Shown here one piece after another: positions 44,399 through 54,218 of a DNA stretch of 64,000 bases; within the stretch, counting starts at the first letter, position 1; every line of letters starts with the position of its first letter. The notes beneath the pieces were generated by a model. That model searched no databases and was not told the origin of the DNA. It saw only the letters and a program-made list of their open reading frames with translations. Location of the stretch: NCBI GenBank assembly GCA_017556745.1, contig JAFYMF010000055.1, forward strand, positions 171 through 64,170, given 5' to 3'. The stretch comes from Clostridia bacterium (GTDB taxonomy: Bacteria > Bacillota > Clostridia > Oscillospirales > CAG-272). The position numbers were made by a program, and so were the translations under genes.

Positions 44399-45498
44399 TG
44401 CAAAAGCTAAAAGCAAAGATAAAGGCTAACATCCCACTGGCAGTGAGAATAATTTTTCTCATTACTCTGCTATGCATCTTAATAAACATAGTAGCAGTAA
44501 TGAACAAAGGTTTTGCCGACTTTTTTTCGAGATATGTAGGGATGGTCTTCAGAGGTATACTGTCCTATATTACCGTGTTTATTCCCTTTTCTCTTGCAGA
44601 AAGCATTCTGATAATGCTTCCTGTAATATTTATTTTCCTTGTTGTGCACACTATCAGAATCTCCGGGGACAGAGTTCGGTCAAATCGATTCATGTTTTCG
44701 ATAATGTCTGTCATTCCTCTCCTTTACTGTTTGATGATACTGGGGTTTGGTACCGGATATTACGGCACCACAATTGACGAAAAAATGAGACTTGACCGAA
44801 AAGAAGTATCGGCTGAAGAGCTGTATAATACCGCAGTAATTTTGCGAGATGAAATAAACGCTATTGCCGAGGAGATAGACTTTGCCGACTATAGTTTCTC
44901 GATATCTCCATACAATGTAAGAGAAACAGGAGATAAAGTCATCCAAGCATACGATAAAATATACGATAAATATTCTTTTATTTCCCCACTTTACAGCAGA
45001 GTAAAACCTGTGGTACTGAGTGAAGCAATGACATACACCCATATTTCCGGTGTTTATTCATTCTTCACGGGTGAAGCAAATATAAATACAAATTTCCCGG
45101 ATTACACTATCCCTTTTACTGTCGCCCATGAGCTGGCACATCAGAGAGGAATTGCACGGGAGGATGAAGCAAATTTTGTTGCATTTCTCGTGTGCAAAGA
45201 GTCAGACGACCCATATGTCAGATATAGCGGTTATCTCAACCTTTATGAATATGTTTCCTCTGCTCTTTATCGAGCAAATCAGGAACTTTATGTAAAGGCC
45301 GCTACCGCTCTCAATATCGATGTCAGATATGAACTAATAGCATATTCAACATTCTTTGATAAATACCGCGATTCGGTAGCATCTGACATAAGTGGTGCAG
45401 TAAACGATGCATATCTTAAACTTCAGGGTACAGAAGGAACAAGAAGCTATGGCCTTGTAGTAGATCTGGCTGTAGCATATTATAGGACAGAAAAATGA
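44398..45498 (+). CDS. DUF3810-like membrane-associated putative zinc metallopeptidase
   Basis: N-terminal TM helices and the motif HELAHQRGIAREDEANF (HExxH). Confidence 0.7.
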   Translation: MQKLKAKIKANIPLAVRIIFLITLLCILINIVAVMNKGFADFFSRYVGMVFRGILSYITVFIPFSLAESILIMLPVIFIFLVVHTIRISGDRVRSNRFMFSIMSVIPLLYCLMILGFGTGYYGTTIDEKMRLDRKEVSAEELYNTAVILRDEINAIAEEIDFADYSFSISPYNVRETGDKVIQAYDKIYDKYSFISPLYSRVKPVVLSEAMTYTHISGVYSFFTGEANINTNFPDYTIPFTVAHELAHQRGIAREDEANFVAFLVCKESDDPYVRYSGYLNLYEYVSSALYRANQELYVKAATALNIDVRYELIAYSTFFDKYRDSVASDISGAVNDAYLKLQGTEGTRSYGLVVDLAVAYYRTEK

Positions 45499-45720
45499 TC
45501 TTTGATGTTTTTCACACTTTTTTCTGTCGATAATATAATTAATAACAGTCATAGTTATTGATTTTCCGATCACATATATTCTATTTGTTAACTTTTTATA
45601 AAATCTATTCCTTTTTAAAGAAATACGTGATATAATATAAGTTGGTATGTTATGTAATTACTCTTGTGACAAATAGATTATCGTATTTTCGATCGATTAT
45701 GCCGACAGAGGTAAAATTTT

Positions 45721-47016
45721 ATGGAAAAAATTGAAATAACCGGTGGCAACAGACTTTACGGTACTGTTGATATCAGCGGTATGAAAAACGCTGCTCTGCC
45801 GATAATATTCTCTTGTATCCTGATAAAAGGTAAATGTATAATAGAAAATCTTCCTACGGTGAAAGACATTACCAACTCCCTTGAGATTCTCTCAAAAATG
45901 GGAGCATCGGTAAAGATGATAAACCGTAACACTGTCGAGATAGACTGTACCAATATTAAGGGTGGTTCTTCCCCCTATGAGTTGGTTCGTAAGATAAGAG
46001 CTTCTTCATATCTTTACGGTGCTGAGCTTGGTCGTTTCGGTCGTGCGTATGCAGGTCTTCCCGGCGGTTGTGATTTTGGTGGTGTTCGTCCCATAGACCA
46101 GCATATCAAAGGTTTTGAGGCTCTTGGTGCTAAGGTAACCACTGAAGGCGGTTATCTTGAAGCAGTAGCGGAGAATGGTCTTCGCGGAGCACAAGTGTTC
46201 TTTGACGTTATTACAGTTGGTGCTACTATCAACGTTATGCTTGCATCAGTATGCGCAAAGGGAACAACTATTATTGATAACGCGGCTCGCGAGCCACATA
46301 TCGTTGACCTGGCAAACTTCCTTAATACTTGCGGTGCACATATATCCGGTGCAGGTACCGATACCATTAAGATCAAGGGTGTTTCCGGGCTTCACGGTTG
46401 CAACTATGCTATAATCCCCGATATGATTGAAGCGGGAACATATATGACTGCAGTAGCAGCTACTGGCGGTAAGCTCAAGCTTACCAATGTTATTCCCAAG
46501 CATCTTGAATCTATCTCAGCTAAGCTTGAGGAGATGGGTTGTATAATCGAAGAGTTTGATGATAATATTATCATCAGTCGTGATGCTCCACTTAAAAAAG
46601 CCAATATAAAGACTATGCCCTACCCCGGCTTTCCCACCGATATGCATCCTCAGATCGCTATCGTTCTTTGTATGGCAAATGGAGTGAGTTATATTACCGA
46701 GGGTGTGTTTGAGACCAGATTCCGTTACGTTGACGAGCTCAGACGTATGGGTGCCAATATCAAGGTAGACGGCAAAACCGCTATCATTGAGGGTGGTTCT
46801 CCCCTTTCTGCAGCACCGGTAAAGGCAGTGGATCTTCGTGCAGGCGCAGCAATGATAGTTGCAGGCCTTGCCATTGAGGGTAAAACCGAGATAACCGATG
46901 TTCACCTTATCGAGCGTGGATTTGACGATATAGTCGGAAAGCTTACCGGAATCGGCGCAAACATAAAAAAGGTCATCTGTCCCGATGAGGATTCAGAGCT
47001 GGCACGTGCAAACTAA
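45721..47016 (+). CDS. murA: UDP-N-acetylglucosamine 1-carboxyvinyltransferase
   Basis: 431 aa. GGNRLYGTVDISGMKNAALPI N-terminus. Active-site loop LPGGCDFGGVRPIDQH with the catalytic Cys. Confidence 0.95.
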   Translation: MEKIEITGGNRLYGTVDISGMKNAALPIIFSCILIKGKCIIENLPTVKDITNSLEILSKMGASVKMINRNTVEIDCTNIKGGSSPYELVRKIRASSYLYGAELGRFGRAYAGLPGGCDFGGVRPIDQHIKGFEALGAKVTTEGGYLEAVAENGLRGAQVFFDVITVGATINVMLASVCAKGTTIIDNAAREPHIVDLANFLNTCGAHISGAGTDTIKIKGVSGLHGCNYAIIPDMIEAGTYMTAVAATGGKLKLTNVIPKHLESISAKLEEMGCIIEEFDDNIIISRDAPLKKANIKTMPYPGFPTDMHPQIAIVLCMANGVSYITEGVFETRFRYVDELRRMGANIKVDGKTAIIEGGSPLSAAPVKAVDLRAGAAMIVAGLAIEGKTEITDVHLIERGFDDIVGKLTGIGANIKKVICPDEDSELARAN

Positions 47017-47030
47017 ATAATTGCTATTTG

Positions 47031-47073
47031 ACAGGCACATCAATGTAACCCGATGTGCCTGTTATTACTTTTT
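47031..47073 (+). terminator. murA terminator
   Basis: ACAGGCACATC-loop-GATGTGCCTGT followed by a T-rich tail. Confidence 0.75.
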
Positions 47074-47117
47074 ATATAATACTGTAAAAGCTAAAAAATT
47101 ATGACAGAGTAAAACAA

Positions 47118-47774
47118 ATGATAAACATTACCGTATGGTTAGATAAATATTTAAGCAAACTAGATCAAACCTTTGGTAAGCGAGTATGATTTGTGGGTCT
47201 ACAGCGAAGTTACAACCGCGGTGAAGCCACAGAGACAAGTGACATTGATACCGTAGTAATACTTAATGAGTTATCCGCACATGATATTATACTATATAAT
47301 AACATGCTTGATACTTTAGAGAAAAGAGAGTTTGTGTGCAGATTTCTGTCAGGGAAAAATGAGCTGATTAATTGGGAACCGTCTGACCTTTTTCAGTTCT
47401 ATCATGACACAAATCCGATAAAAGGCAGTCTTGACGAGCTTCTGCCTTTACTTGACAGCACCGCAGTAAGCAGAGCAATAAAGATCGGCGCTTGCAACAT
47501 ATATCATGGTTGTGTACATAATATGTTATATGAAAAGAATGAAAAAATCTTGAGAGGACTTTACAAATCCGCTTCATTTATTTTGCAAGCAATATACTTT
47601 AAGCAAGCAGGTAAATATATAAAAACACAAAAAGAGCTCTCAAAATATCTTTGTGCTGATGACAGATACATATCCGACACATTTTCTTCTCTGAAAAACG
47701 GGGGAGCAGTTGCATTTGATGAAATGTCGGAAAGACTTTTTACTTGGTCAAAAAAGCAAATAGAAAATATCTAG
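47118..47774 (+). pseudogene. nucleotidyltransferase-domain protein (KNTase/ANT-like) interrupted by in-frame TGA at 47187
   Basis: ATG 47118 gives MINITVWLDKYLSKLDQTFGKRV-stop-FVGLQRSYNRGEATETSDIDTVVIL in a single frame. The stop sits where a Trp (TGG) would be expected. TGA is a genuine stop elsewhere in the window (e.g. 852-854). Confidence 0.6.
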
Positions 47775-47958
47775 GTTTTATTTTTATCATTGCCATACTT
47801 CAAATACAGTCTCCCATAGTTACTTAATATTTTAATAAATTATTAACAAAATATTACCATTCATAAAACACGCGTACCGGTCAATAATAATTGTGCAGGG
47901 TGCAAAAGCGCCCTGGTTAACAAGTAAATTAAATATGAAATTATAGGAGAACAAAAAA

Positions 47959-48162
47959 ATGGCAAGAAGTAATAAGACTCTCGTTCCCGAAGCAAAGGCA
48001 GCTCTTGATCAGTTCAAGATGGAGGCAGCAAGCGAAGTAGGCGTAAATCTCAACCAGAGCTACAACGGTGACCTTACCTCTAAGCAGGCAGGTAGCATCG
48101 GTGGCCAGATGGTAAAGAAAATGGTAGAGAAGTACGAGAACGATATTAAGAACAGCAAATAA
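47959..48162 (+). CDS. alpha/beta-type small acid-soluble spore protein
   Basis: 67 aa. KMEAASEVGVNL and GSIGGQMVKKMV match conserved SASP blocks. SD AGGAGAA. Confidence 0.93.
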   Translation: MARSNKTLVPEAKAALDQFKMEAASEVGVNLNQSYNGDLTSKQAGSIGGQMVKKMVEKYENDIKNSK

Positions 48163-48220
48163 CTTTTCCCTTTTTCCTCTTTTCTCTTTAAGTGTTGTGT
48201 CAATTCGGATATAAATGAGG

Positions 48221-48264
48221 GGGATGTTATACAGGTATATGGCCTGTATAACATCCCTTTCTTT
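48221..48264 (+). terminator. SASP gene terminator
   Basis: GGGATGTTATACAGG-loop-CCTGTATAACATCCC followed by TTTCTTT. Confidence 0.75.
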
Positions 48265-48286
48265 GCGTTTTCCTTTTCCACGTCGA

Positions 48287-48315
48287 TTGACAAAAATAAA
48301 AAGATACTGTATACT
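48287..48315 (+). promoter_or_regulatory. promoter of the radical SAM gene
   Basis: TTGACA-17 nt-TATACT. Confidence 0.7.
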
Positions 48316-48346
48316 TTTCTTATAAATCAAATTAAGAGGTATTATA

Positions 48347-49327
48347 ATGAATACACCTTTATATTCAGGAGTAATTATAAATTACGTTTGTACAGCTGCA
48401 TGTAAGCACTGTATTGTTGCATCGTCGCCCGACTGCCCCAAGGACCATATCACAGAAGAAATGGCGGAAAACATTGCCAAACTTCTCTCAGAGTCAGGCG
48501 CATATTCGGTACATATCGGTGGCGGAGAACCTTTCATAAACTTTTCTTCCCTCTGTACCGTTATCCGTGCGCTCTCCCGCAACGGTATTGAGGTAGATTA
48601 TATTGAAACAAACGGATTCTGGTGCTCAGACGAGAAATTCGTGCGAGATAGACTTATGAAATTAAAGGAACTTGGCGTTACCACTATAATGGTGTCCGCA
48701 GATCCTTTTCATCTTGAGTACGTACCGCTCGTACGCCCTTTGATCCTCTGTAAAATGCTCAGAGAGTGCGGATTTGACTTTTTCGTGTGGAAAGAAAGAT
48801 ATCTGAGACAGTTATCCCGTCTTGATATAAACAAGAGCTATACCGAAGAAGAGCTAAAAAAAGAGCTTGGAGATGATTACGTGGCCGCCACAGCCGCTGA
48901 ATACGGTGTAGGAATGAACGGTAGGGCTCTGGCTATCGCCGACAAGATATATCCCCGCCGCTCATACGAGGAGTTTGTTACCTCGTCTCCCTGTTCACGT
49001 CTTCTCGTTCCTCATCACTGCCACATCGACCTTTACGGTAACGGTCTTCCCGACGGTTGTCCCGGTCTTGCAATGGAGATGCATGACTACTTAAATGAAG
49101 CTCTCAGCAAAGAGAAGTATCCTGTGTTCACCGCACTTGTGGGTGGCGGTACTGAGGCTCTCTTTAATTACGCAACAGAAAAGGGATTTGTTCCGAGAGC
49201 TGAGGGTTATCCTACCCGTTGCAGCTTCTGCTATGCTATGCGCAGATATCTTGCATCGCTCGAAAATCCAACAAGAGACCTTTCTCCTATCTCTTTCTAT
49301 CACTCAATGGATAAAGAGGATATATAA
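48347..49327 (+). CDS. radical SAM domain protein, function unknown
   Basis: CxxxCxxC at aa 15-22 (CTAACKHC), GGGEPF glycine-rich SAM motif, extra C-terminal Cys pairs (CSRLLVPHHC, CSFC). Confidence 0.8.
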   Translation: MNTPLYSGVIINYVCTAACKHCIVASSPDCPKDHITEEMAENIAKLLSESGAYSVHIGGGEPFINFSSLCTVIRALSRNGIEVDYIETNGFWCSDEKFVRDRLMKLKELGVTTIMVSADPFHLEYVPLVRPLILCKMLRECGFDFFVWKERYLRQLSRLDINKSYTEEELKKELGDDYVAATAAEYGVGMNGRALAIADKIYPRRSYEEFVTSSPCSRLLVPHHCHIDLYGNGLPDGCPGLAMEMHDYLNEALSKEKYPVFTALVGGGTEALFNYATEKGFVPRAEGYPTRCSFCYAMRRYLASLENPTRDLSPISFYHSMDKEDI

Positions 49328-49334
49328 AATTCTC

Positions 49335-49363
49335 TTGACAAAAAAACATTTTAGGAATATAAT
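49335..49363 (+). promoter_or_regulatory. consensus promoter driving the FMN riboswitch and ribU
   Basis: TTGACA-17 nt-TATAAT. Confidence 0.8.
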
Positions 49364-49372
49364 ATCAATACA

Positions 49373-49545
49373 TTATTCTTCGGGGCAAGGTGAGAATCCT
49401 TACCGGCAGTAACAGTCTGCGACCCGCATTTGCGGCTGAACGGGTGTGATTCCCGTACCGACGGTCATAGTCCGGATGAGAGAAGAAGTATGCGTTTCTC
49501 CGTATATTTATGCCCCAAGACCGTTATGTCTTGGGGCTTCTTTTT
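49373..49545 (+). promoter_or_regulatory. FMN riboswitch (RFN element) with intrinsic terminator
   Basis: TTCTTCGGGGCAAGGTGAGAATCCTTACCGGCAGT...GTGTGATTCCCGTACCGACGGTCATAGTCCGGATGAGAGAAGAAG matches conserved RFN blocks. Terminator GCCCCAAGAC-loop-GTCTTGGGGC plus a T-run at 49512-49545. Confidence 0.9.
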
Positions 49546-49581
49546 CATCTTTTGCGCTCTGAACTTTGAAAGGAGTTCACA

Positions 49582-50199
49582 ATGAACATCAAGCAAAGAC
49601 AAAAGACCGAGTTTATTGTAAAGGTAGCAATGCTCGGTGCAATTTCCACCATCCTCATGCTTATTGAGTTCCCTCTGCCGTTTATAGCTCCGCCGTTTTA
49701 TAAGCTTGACTTCAGCGAGGTGCCTGTACTCATTGGTACCTTTGCAATAGGGCCTCTGGCCGGTGTGCTTATCGAGCTTGTAAAGGTACTGCTCAACCTC
49801 GTAATAAACGGAACAATTACCGCCGGTGTAGGTGAGCTTGCAAATTTCGTTGTAGGCTGTTCCTTCATCATTCCCGCAGGTCTTATCTACAAGCACAAAA
49901 AAACAAAGCTCAACGCACTTCTCGGTCTTATTGCAGGTACTGTTACCATGGCCGCTGTTTCCCTGCCGATAAACGCATTTGTTATGGTTCCCGCATATAT
50001 TGTTCTTGCAGGATTTTCATCTGAGATGATAATCGGTATGGCCACAAAAATATTCCCCTTTGCAGACAGTGTACTGAAACTTGCTTTATTCTGCGCGGTA
50101 CCCTTTAATCTTATTAAAGGTGTAGTTGTTTCTGTAATCACATTTGTTCTCTATAAACCCATAACTCCTCTGCTAAAAAAGATATCCTTTAAGAAATGA
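49582..50199 (+). CDS. ribU: riboflavin transporter, ECF S-component
   Basis: 205-aa membrane protein (LIEFPLPF...KLDFSEVPVLIG) directly downstream of the FMN riboswitch. Confidence 0.85.
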   Translation: MNIKQRQKTEFIVKVAMLGAISTILMLIEFPLPFIAPPFYKLDFSEVPVLIGTFAIGPLAGVLIELVKVLLNLVINGTITAGVGELANFVVGCSFIIPAGLIYKHKKTKLNALLGLIAGTVTMAAVSLPINAFVMVPAYIVLAGFSSEMIIGMATKIFPFADSVLKLALFCAVPFNLIKGVVVSVITFVLYKPITPLLKKISFKK

Positions 50200-50201
50200 A
50201 T

Positions 50202-50234
50202 AAAAAAATTGCCGCATTTCTGCGGCAATTTTTT
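50202..50234. terminator. bidirectional terminator between ribU and yebC
   Basis: AAAAAAATTGCCGCA-TTTC-TGCGGCAATTTTTT. Confidence 0.85.
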
Positions 50235-50235
50235 A

Positions 50236-50961
50236 TTACTCAGCCATTTCCCAGTTGTGGAAAACGTTAGAAACATCGTCATAGTCCTCAAGGTGCTCAA
50301 GAAGATTGTTCATATTCTTGATATCATCCTCGGACTCAAGGGTAACGTAGTTGGAGGGAACCTTCTCAACTTCGCTTGACTCTATCTTATAACCTTTTGA
50401 CTCAAGAGCCTCTTTAACTGCATAGATGTCAGAAGGCTCGGTGCTGATCTCGAAGAACTCTTCATCTGCCTCAAAGTCAGATGCGCCTGCTTCAAGTGCA
50501 TCCTCCATAAGCTTCTCCTCATCAGCATCCTCTCTAAGAACGATAATAGTACCCTGCTCAGAGAACATATAGGATACGCAACCGGGCTGACCCAGGTTAC
50601 CGCCGAACTTATCAAAGTAGTGACGAACCTCACCGCCGGTACGGTTACGGTTGTCTGTCATCGCCTCAACGATTACCGCAACACCTGCAGGTCCGTAACC
50701 CTCGTATACGATCTCCTCATAGTTAGCCGCATCGTTACTGCTTGCCTTCTTGATAATACGCTCAATATTATCATTGGGAACGTTATTACTCTTTGCCTTC
50801 TGAATAAGATCACGAAGCTTGGTATTGGATACAGGATCGGGACCGCCGTCTCTTATGGCAACTGCCATCTCCTTACCGATCTTGGTGAAGATCTTTGCTC
50901 TCTGTGCATCGGTCTTCTCTTTCTTATGCATTATATTTTTCCATTTGCTATGGCCAGACAT
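50236..50961 (-). CDS. yebC: YebC/PmpR family DNA-binding regulatory protein
   Basis: MSGHSKWKNIMHKK N-terminus. 241 aa. Confidence 0.93.
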   Translation of the reverse strand: MSGHSKWKNIMHKKEKTDAQRAKIFTKIGKEMAVAIRDGGPDPVSNTKLRDLIQKAKSNNVPNDNIERIIKKASSNDAANYEEIVYEGYGPAGVAVIVEAMTDNRNRTGGEVRHYFDKFGGNLGQPGCVSYMFSEQGTIIVLREDADEEKLMEDALEAGASDFEADEEFFEISTEPSDIYAVKEALESKGYKIESSEVEKVPSNYVTLESEDDIKNMNNLLEHLEDYDDVSNVFHNWEMAE

Positions 50962-50985
50962 TTTATATTCTCCTCGTATGTTAAA

Positions 50986-52689
50986 TTATATTTTTTCGGT
51001 TTTTGCCATGCACACAAGATTAAAGGCATTGCCAAGAACTGTCTTGGTAGCACGGGTAAGCTTAACTCTGAAATTCTTTACCTTCTCATCCTCTGCGTTA
51101 AGGATTCTGCATCCATGATACATACGGTTAAATGCAGAGCATATATCAAGTATGTATCTCACGATAACGGAAGGTTCATAGTCAGCAAGTGCAGCCTGTA
51201 CCTTTACAGGGAATTCAGCCAAGATCTTAATAAGCTCGGTCTCTTCCTTAGCAGTTATTCCTGCGGTCTCACCGATCTCTCCTGCCTTCTCAAGAATACT
51301 GGAAGCACGTGCATAGGTGTACTGAGCGTAAGGACCGCTGTTACCCTCAAAACTGAGAGCGTCCTCAAGAATAAAGTTAATGTCGTGACTTCTGGTGTTC
51401 ATAAGGTAGTGGAATACGATCGCACCCACACCGATCTGCTCCGCAACCTTTTCCTTATCGGGAAGGTTAGGATTCTTCTCCTCCATAATTGCGCTTACCT
51501 TTTCGATAGCAAGAGCGAAAAGATCCTTGAGCAGTATAACGTTACCTGTACGGGTAGCCAGCTTAGCACCGTTGATACTTACTGTTCCATAAGGAACGTG
51601 AACAAGCTGATCGACCCAATCGTAGCCCATAAGTTCCATTACCTTAAACCACTGAGCAAAGTGAAGACTCTGACCGGCAGATGTAACGTATACACATTTA
51701 TCAAAATTAAAGTTGTTCTTTCTATAAACCGCCGCAGAAATATCACGGGAGGGATAGAGGGATGCACCGTCTCTCTTAAGGATAAGACAGGGAGGCATAT
51801 TATATTCGGACAGATCAACGATAGATGCACCGTCATCAAGCTTGAGAAGTCCCTTCTCACGCATTATATTAATCTGCGCTTCCATCTTATCTGAGAAGAA
51901 GCTCTCACCCATATAATAGTCAAACTTGATACCGAGCTGATCGTAAGTAATATTGTACTCCTTAAGGCTGATGTCAAGGAACCACTTCCAGAGCGCGATA
52001 TTCTCAGGATCATGTTCCTCAAGCTTCTTAAACTCTGCTCTTGCCTCATCATTAAGGGAAGGATCTTTCTCTGCTTCCTCGTGGAACTTTACATAAAGCT
52101 CGACAAGTCCGTCACAACCCTTTTCCTCAACAGTTTCCTTGTTACCCCAACGTTTGAAAGCAACGATCTGCTTACCGTTCTGTGTACCCCAGTCACCCAG
52201 ATGGTTTACACCGATACACTCATAACCCGAGAACTCGTAAAGACGACGGAGGCAATGACCGATAACAGTTGTACCAAGGTGTCCTATGTGGAAAGGCTTG
52301 GAGGTGTTGGGAGAGGAATAGTCAAGAACGACCTTCTTATTCTTACCTACCTCTGAAGAGCCGTAGGAATCACCGGCATCAATAATACCGTCAACGATAC
52401 CGGGAAGATAGTTATCATCAATATACATATTAAGGTATCCACCCACAGACTCAATGCGGGAAATACCGGTGATAGAAAGACCGTTTGCAATATCTGCCGC
52501 GATCTGCTGAGGAGCGCGTCGAAGCGCGCGACTGAGCTTAAAGCAAGGAAGTGCGAAGTCTCCCATAGCGGGATCAGGTGGAGTCTCAAGCATCTCGGAT
52601 ATATCCTTTATACCGAGGCCGTGTCCGTCAGCATAACTGTTCAGCTTATTAAAAAGCGATTCGCTGACACTTAATTTCAGTTTCTGCAT
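50986..52689 (-). CDS. argS: arginine--tRNA ligase
   Basis: Class I HIGH motif (PFHIGHLGTTVIG). 567 aa. ArgS-like N-terminal and DALR-type anticodon-binding domains recognised by eye. Confidence 0.92.
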   Translation of the reverse strand: MQKLKLSVSESLFNKLNSYADGHGLGIKDISEMLETPPDPAMGDFALPCFKLSRALRRAPQQIAADIANGLSITGISRIESVGGYLNMYIDDNYLPGIVDGIIDAGDSYGSSEVGKNKKVVLDYSSPNTSKPFHIGHLGTTVIGHCLRRLYEFSGYECIGVNHLGDWGTQNGKQIVAFKRWGNKETVEEKGCDGLVELYVKFHEEAEKDPSLNDEARAEFKKLEEHDPENIALWKWFLDISLKEYNITYDQLGIKFDYYMGESFFSDKMEAQINIMREKGLLKLDDGASIVDLSEYNMPPCLILKRDGASLYPSRDISAAVYRKNNFNFDKCVYVTSAGQSLHFAQWFKVMELMGYDWVDQLVHVPYGTVSINGAKLATRTGNVILLKDLFALAIEKVSAIMEEKNPNLPDKEKVAEQIGVGAIVFHYLMNTRSHDINFILEDALSFEGNSGPYAQYTYARASSILEKAGEIGETAGITAKEETELIKILAEFPVKVQAALADYEPSVIVRYILDICSAFNRMYHGCRILNAEDEKVKNFRVKLTRATKTVLGNAFNLVCMAKTEKI

Positions 52690-52865
52690 AAAAATCTCCG
52701 TTTATATCATCATTAATAATTGAACATAATTATCCACTATACTCCTATTATACTACAACTGATTCGGTCTATCAAGAGGAAAATGTCATTTTTTAAGAAA
52801 TAAAAGGTGTTGACCGCAAAAAAAATTAATGATAAAATGTTGGTAAATGAAAGGAGGTAAGGTAA

Positions 52866-54218
52866 GTGGACAAAATAAACATTCCGGACTCCGTGCTAAA
52901 TATTATTTATACCCTCGAGAGAAACAAACACAGTGCTTTTCTTGTAGGGGGCTGTGTCAGAGACCATCTGCTTGGGGTCACACCTACCGACTTTGATATT
53001 ACCACCTCCGCTTGCCCATGGGAGGTTAAAGAAATATTCTCAGACTGTCAAGTCATACCTACGGGGGAAAAACACGGTACGGTCACAGTAATATCTTCAG
53101 GCACACCATTTGAGATAACCACATTCCGTCTTGAAAGCGGTTACAGTGACGGCAGACATCCTGACAAAATTGAGTTTTCATGCAGTATAGAAGACGATCT
53201 TGCCCGAAGAGATTTGACTGTGAACGCTATTGCATACAGTCCTACAGCAGGATTCGTTGACCCGTATGACGGGATAGAAGATATAAAGCATCGGATAATT
53301 CGTGCAGTGGGTGACCCAAAAAGACGTTTTGCGGAAGATTCTCTGAGAGTACTCAGAGCACTCCGTTTTTCTTCGACCCTGTCTTTTGAGATAGAAAGTG
53401 AAACCGAAAAAGAGCTTTTTACCCTGAAAGATGGTCTGAAACGTATATCTGCAGAAAAGATATACACCGAATTAAAGAAACTCCTCTGCGGTAGGGATGC
53501 AGGAAAGATCATACAAAAATATCCGGAGATAATCGGCACGGTGATACCTGAGCTACTGCCGATGATTGGATTTGACCAGAAAAATCGATATCATAAATAC
53601 GATCTTCTTGAGCACACCGTACGCGTAGTTGACGGTGTTCCTCCTCTTCCTCACCTACGCTTTGCGGCACTGCTTCACGACGTAGAAAAGCCATCGACCT
53701 TTACTTTGGACAGTGTCGGTGGTCACTTTTACGGACACGAGAAAAAGAGCGGAGAAACGGCAAAAGCGATAATGGAGAGGCTAAAGGCGGATAAAGATAC
53801 CAGAGATAAAGTAGTTTGCCTTGTGCTAAACCACGGTCTTGTTCTTCAAAAGGATAACAAATTTATAAAAAGGTGTCTTAACCGCTACGGCAAAGACACC
53901 TTCAGGGACATTATTCTTCTTTCTCTTTCAGATAACAGCGCGCTCAGCGATCTCTGCAGCGACAGGCCGGAAAAGATCAGAGAGATATCTCTCTTGACCG
54001 AGAATATAATTTCTCTTGAACCCTGTCTTACCATAAAGGATCTTAAAATAGATGGAAACGATCTTATTTCGCTTGGTCTTACACCGGGCAAAGACATCGG
54101 AACGGTTTTGAACGAGATTCTGAGTGCAGTAATTGACGGTGATACTGAAAACGAGAAAGACCTTTTAATTAAAAAAGCGGAAGAAATTATCCGAATAAAG
54201 ATTCAAAAATCTCGATAA
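52866..54218 (+). CDS. cca: CCA tRNA nucleotidyltransferase / poly(A) polymerase family with HD domain
   Basis: GGCVRDHLLG...DFDITT head-domain motif, RDLTVNA motif, HD-like AALLHDVEK. GTG start behind AGGAGG. Confidence 0.88.
   Translation: MDKINIPDSVLNIIYTLERNKHSAFLVGGCVRDHLLGVTPTDFDITTSACPWEVKEIFSDCQVIPTGEKHGTVTVISSGTPFEITTFRLESGYSDGRHPDKIEFSCSIEDDLARRDLTVNAIAYSPTAGFVDPYDGIEDIKHRIIRAVGDPKRRFAEDSLRVLRALRFSSTLSFEIESETEKELFTLKDGLKRISAEKIYTELKKLLCGRDAGKIIQKYPEIIGTVIPELLPMIGFDQKNRYHKYDLLEHTVRVVDGVPPLPHLRFAALLHDVEKPSTFTLDSVGGHFYGHEKKSGETAKAIMERLKADKDTRDKVVCLVLNHGLVLQKDNKFIKRCLNRYGKDTFRDIILLSLSDNSALSDLCSDRPEKIREISLLTENIISLEPCLTIKDLKIDGNDLISLGLTPGKDIGTVLNEILSAVIDGDTENEKDLLIKKAEEIIRIKIQKSR

Noticed and set aside
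47780-47958. Sigma-G type forespore promoter upstream of the SASP gene.
   Set aside because: A forespore promoter is expected biologically. But I could not find a convincing match to the -35 GnATA / -10 CAtAnTA spacing by eye, so no coordinates are asserted.
52690-52865. Possible T-box leader upstream of argS.
   Set aside because: The leader is only ~175 nt and AT-rich. It has no specifier-loop/T-box consensus (no AAnnnGGGTGGTACCGCG-like block) and no terminator/antiterminator pair. The region instead holds a TTGACC-17-TAAAAT promoter for cca on the other strand.
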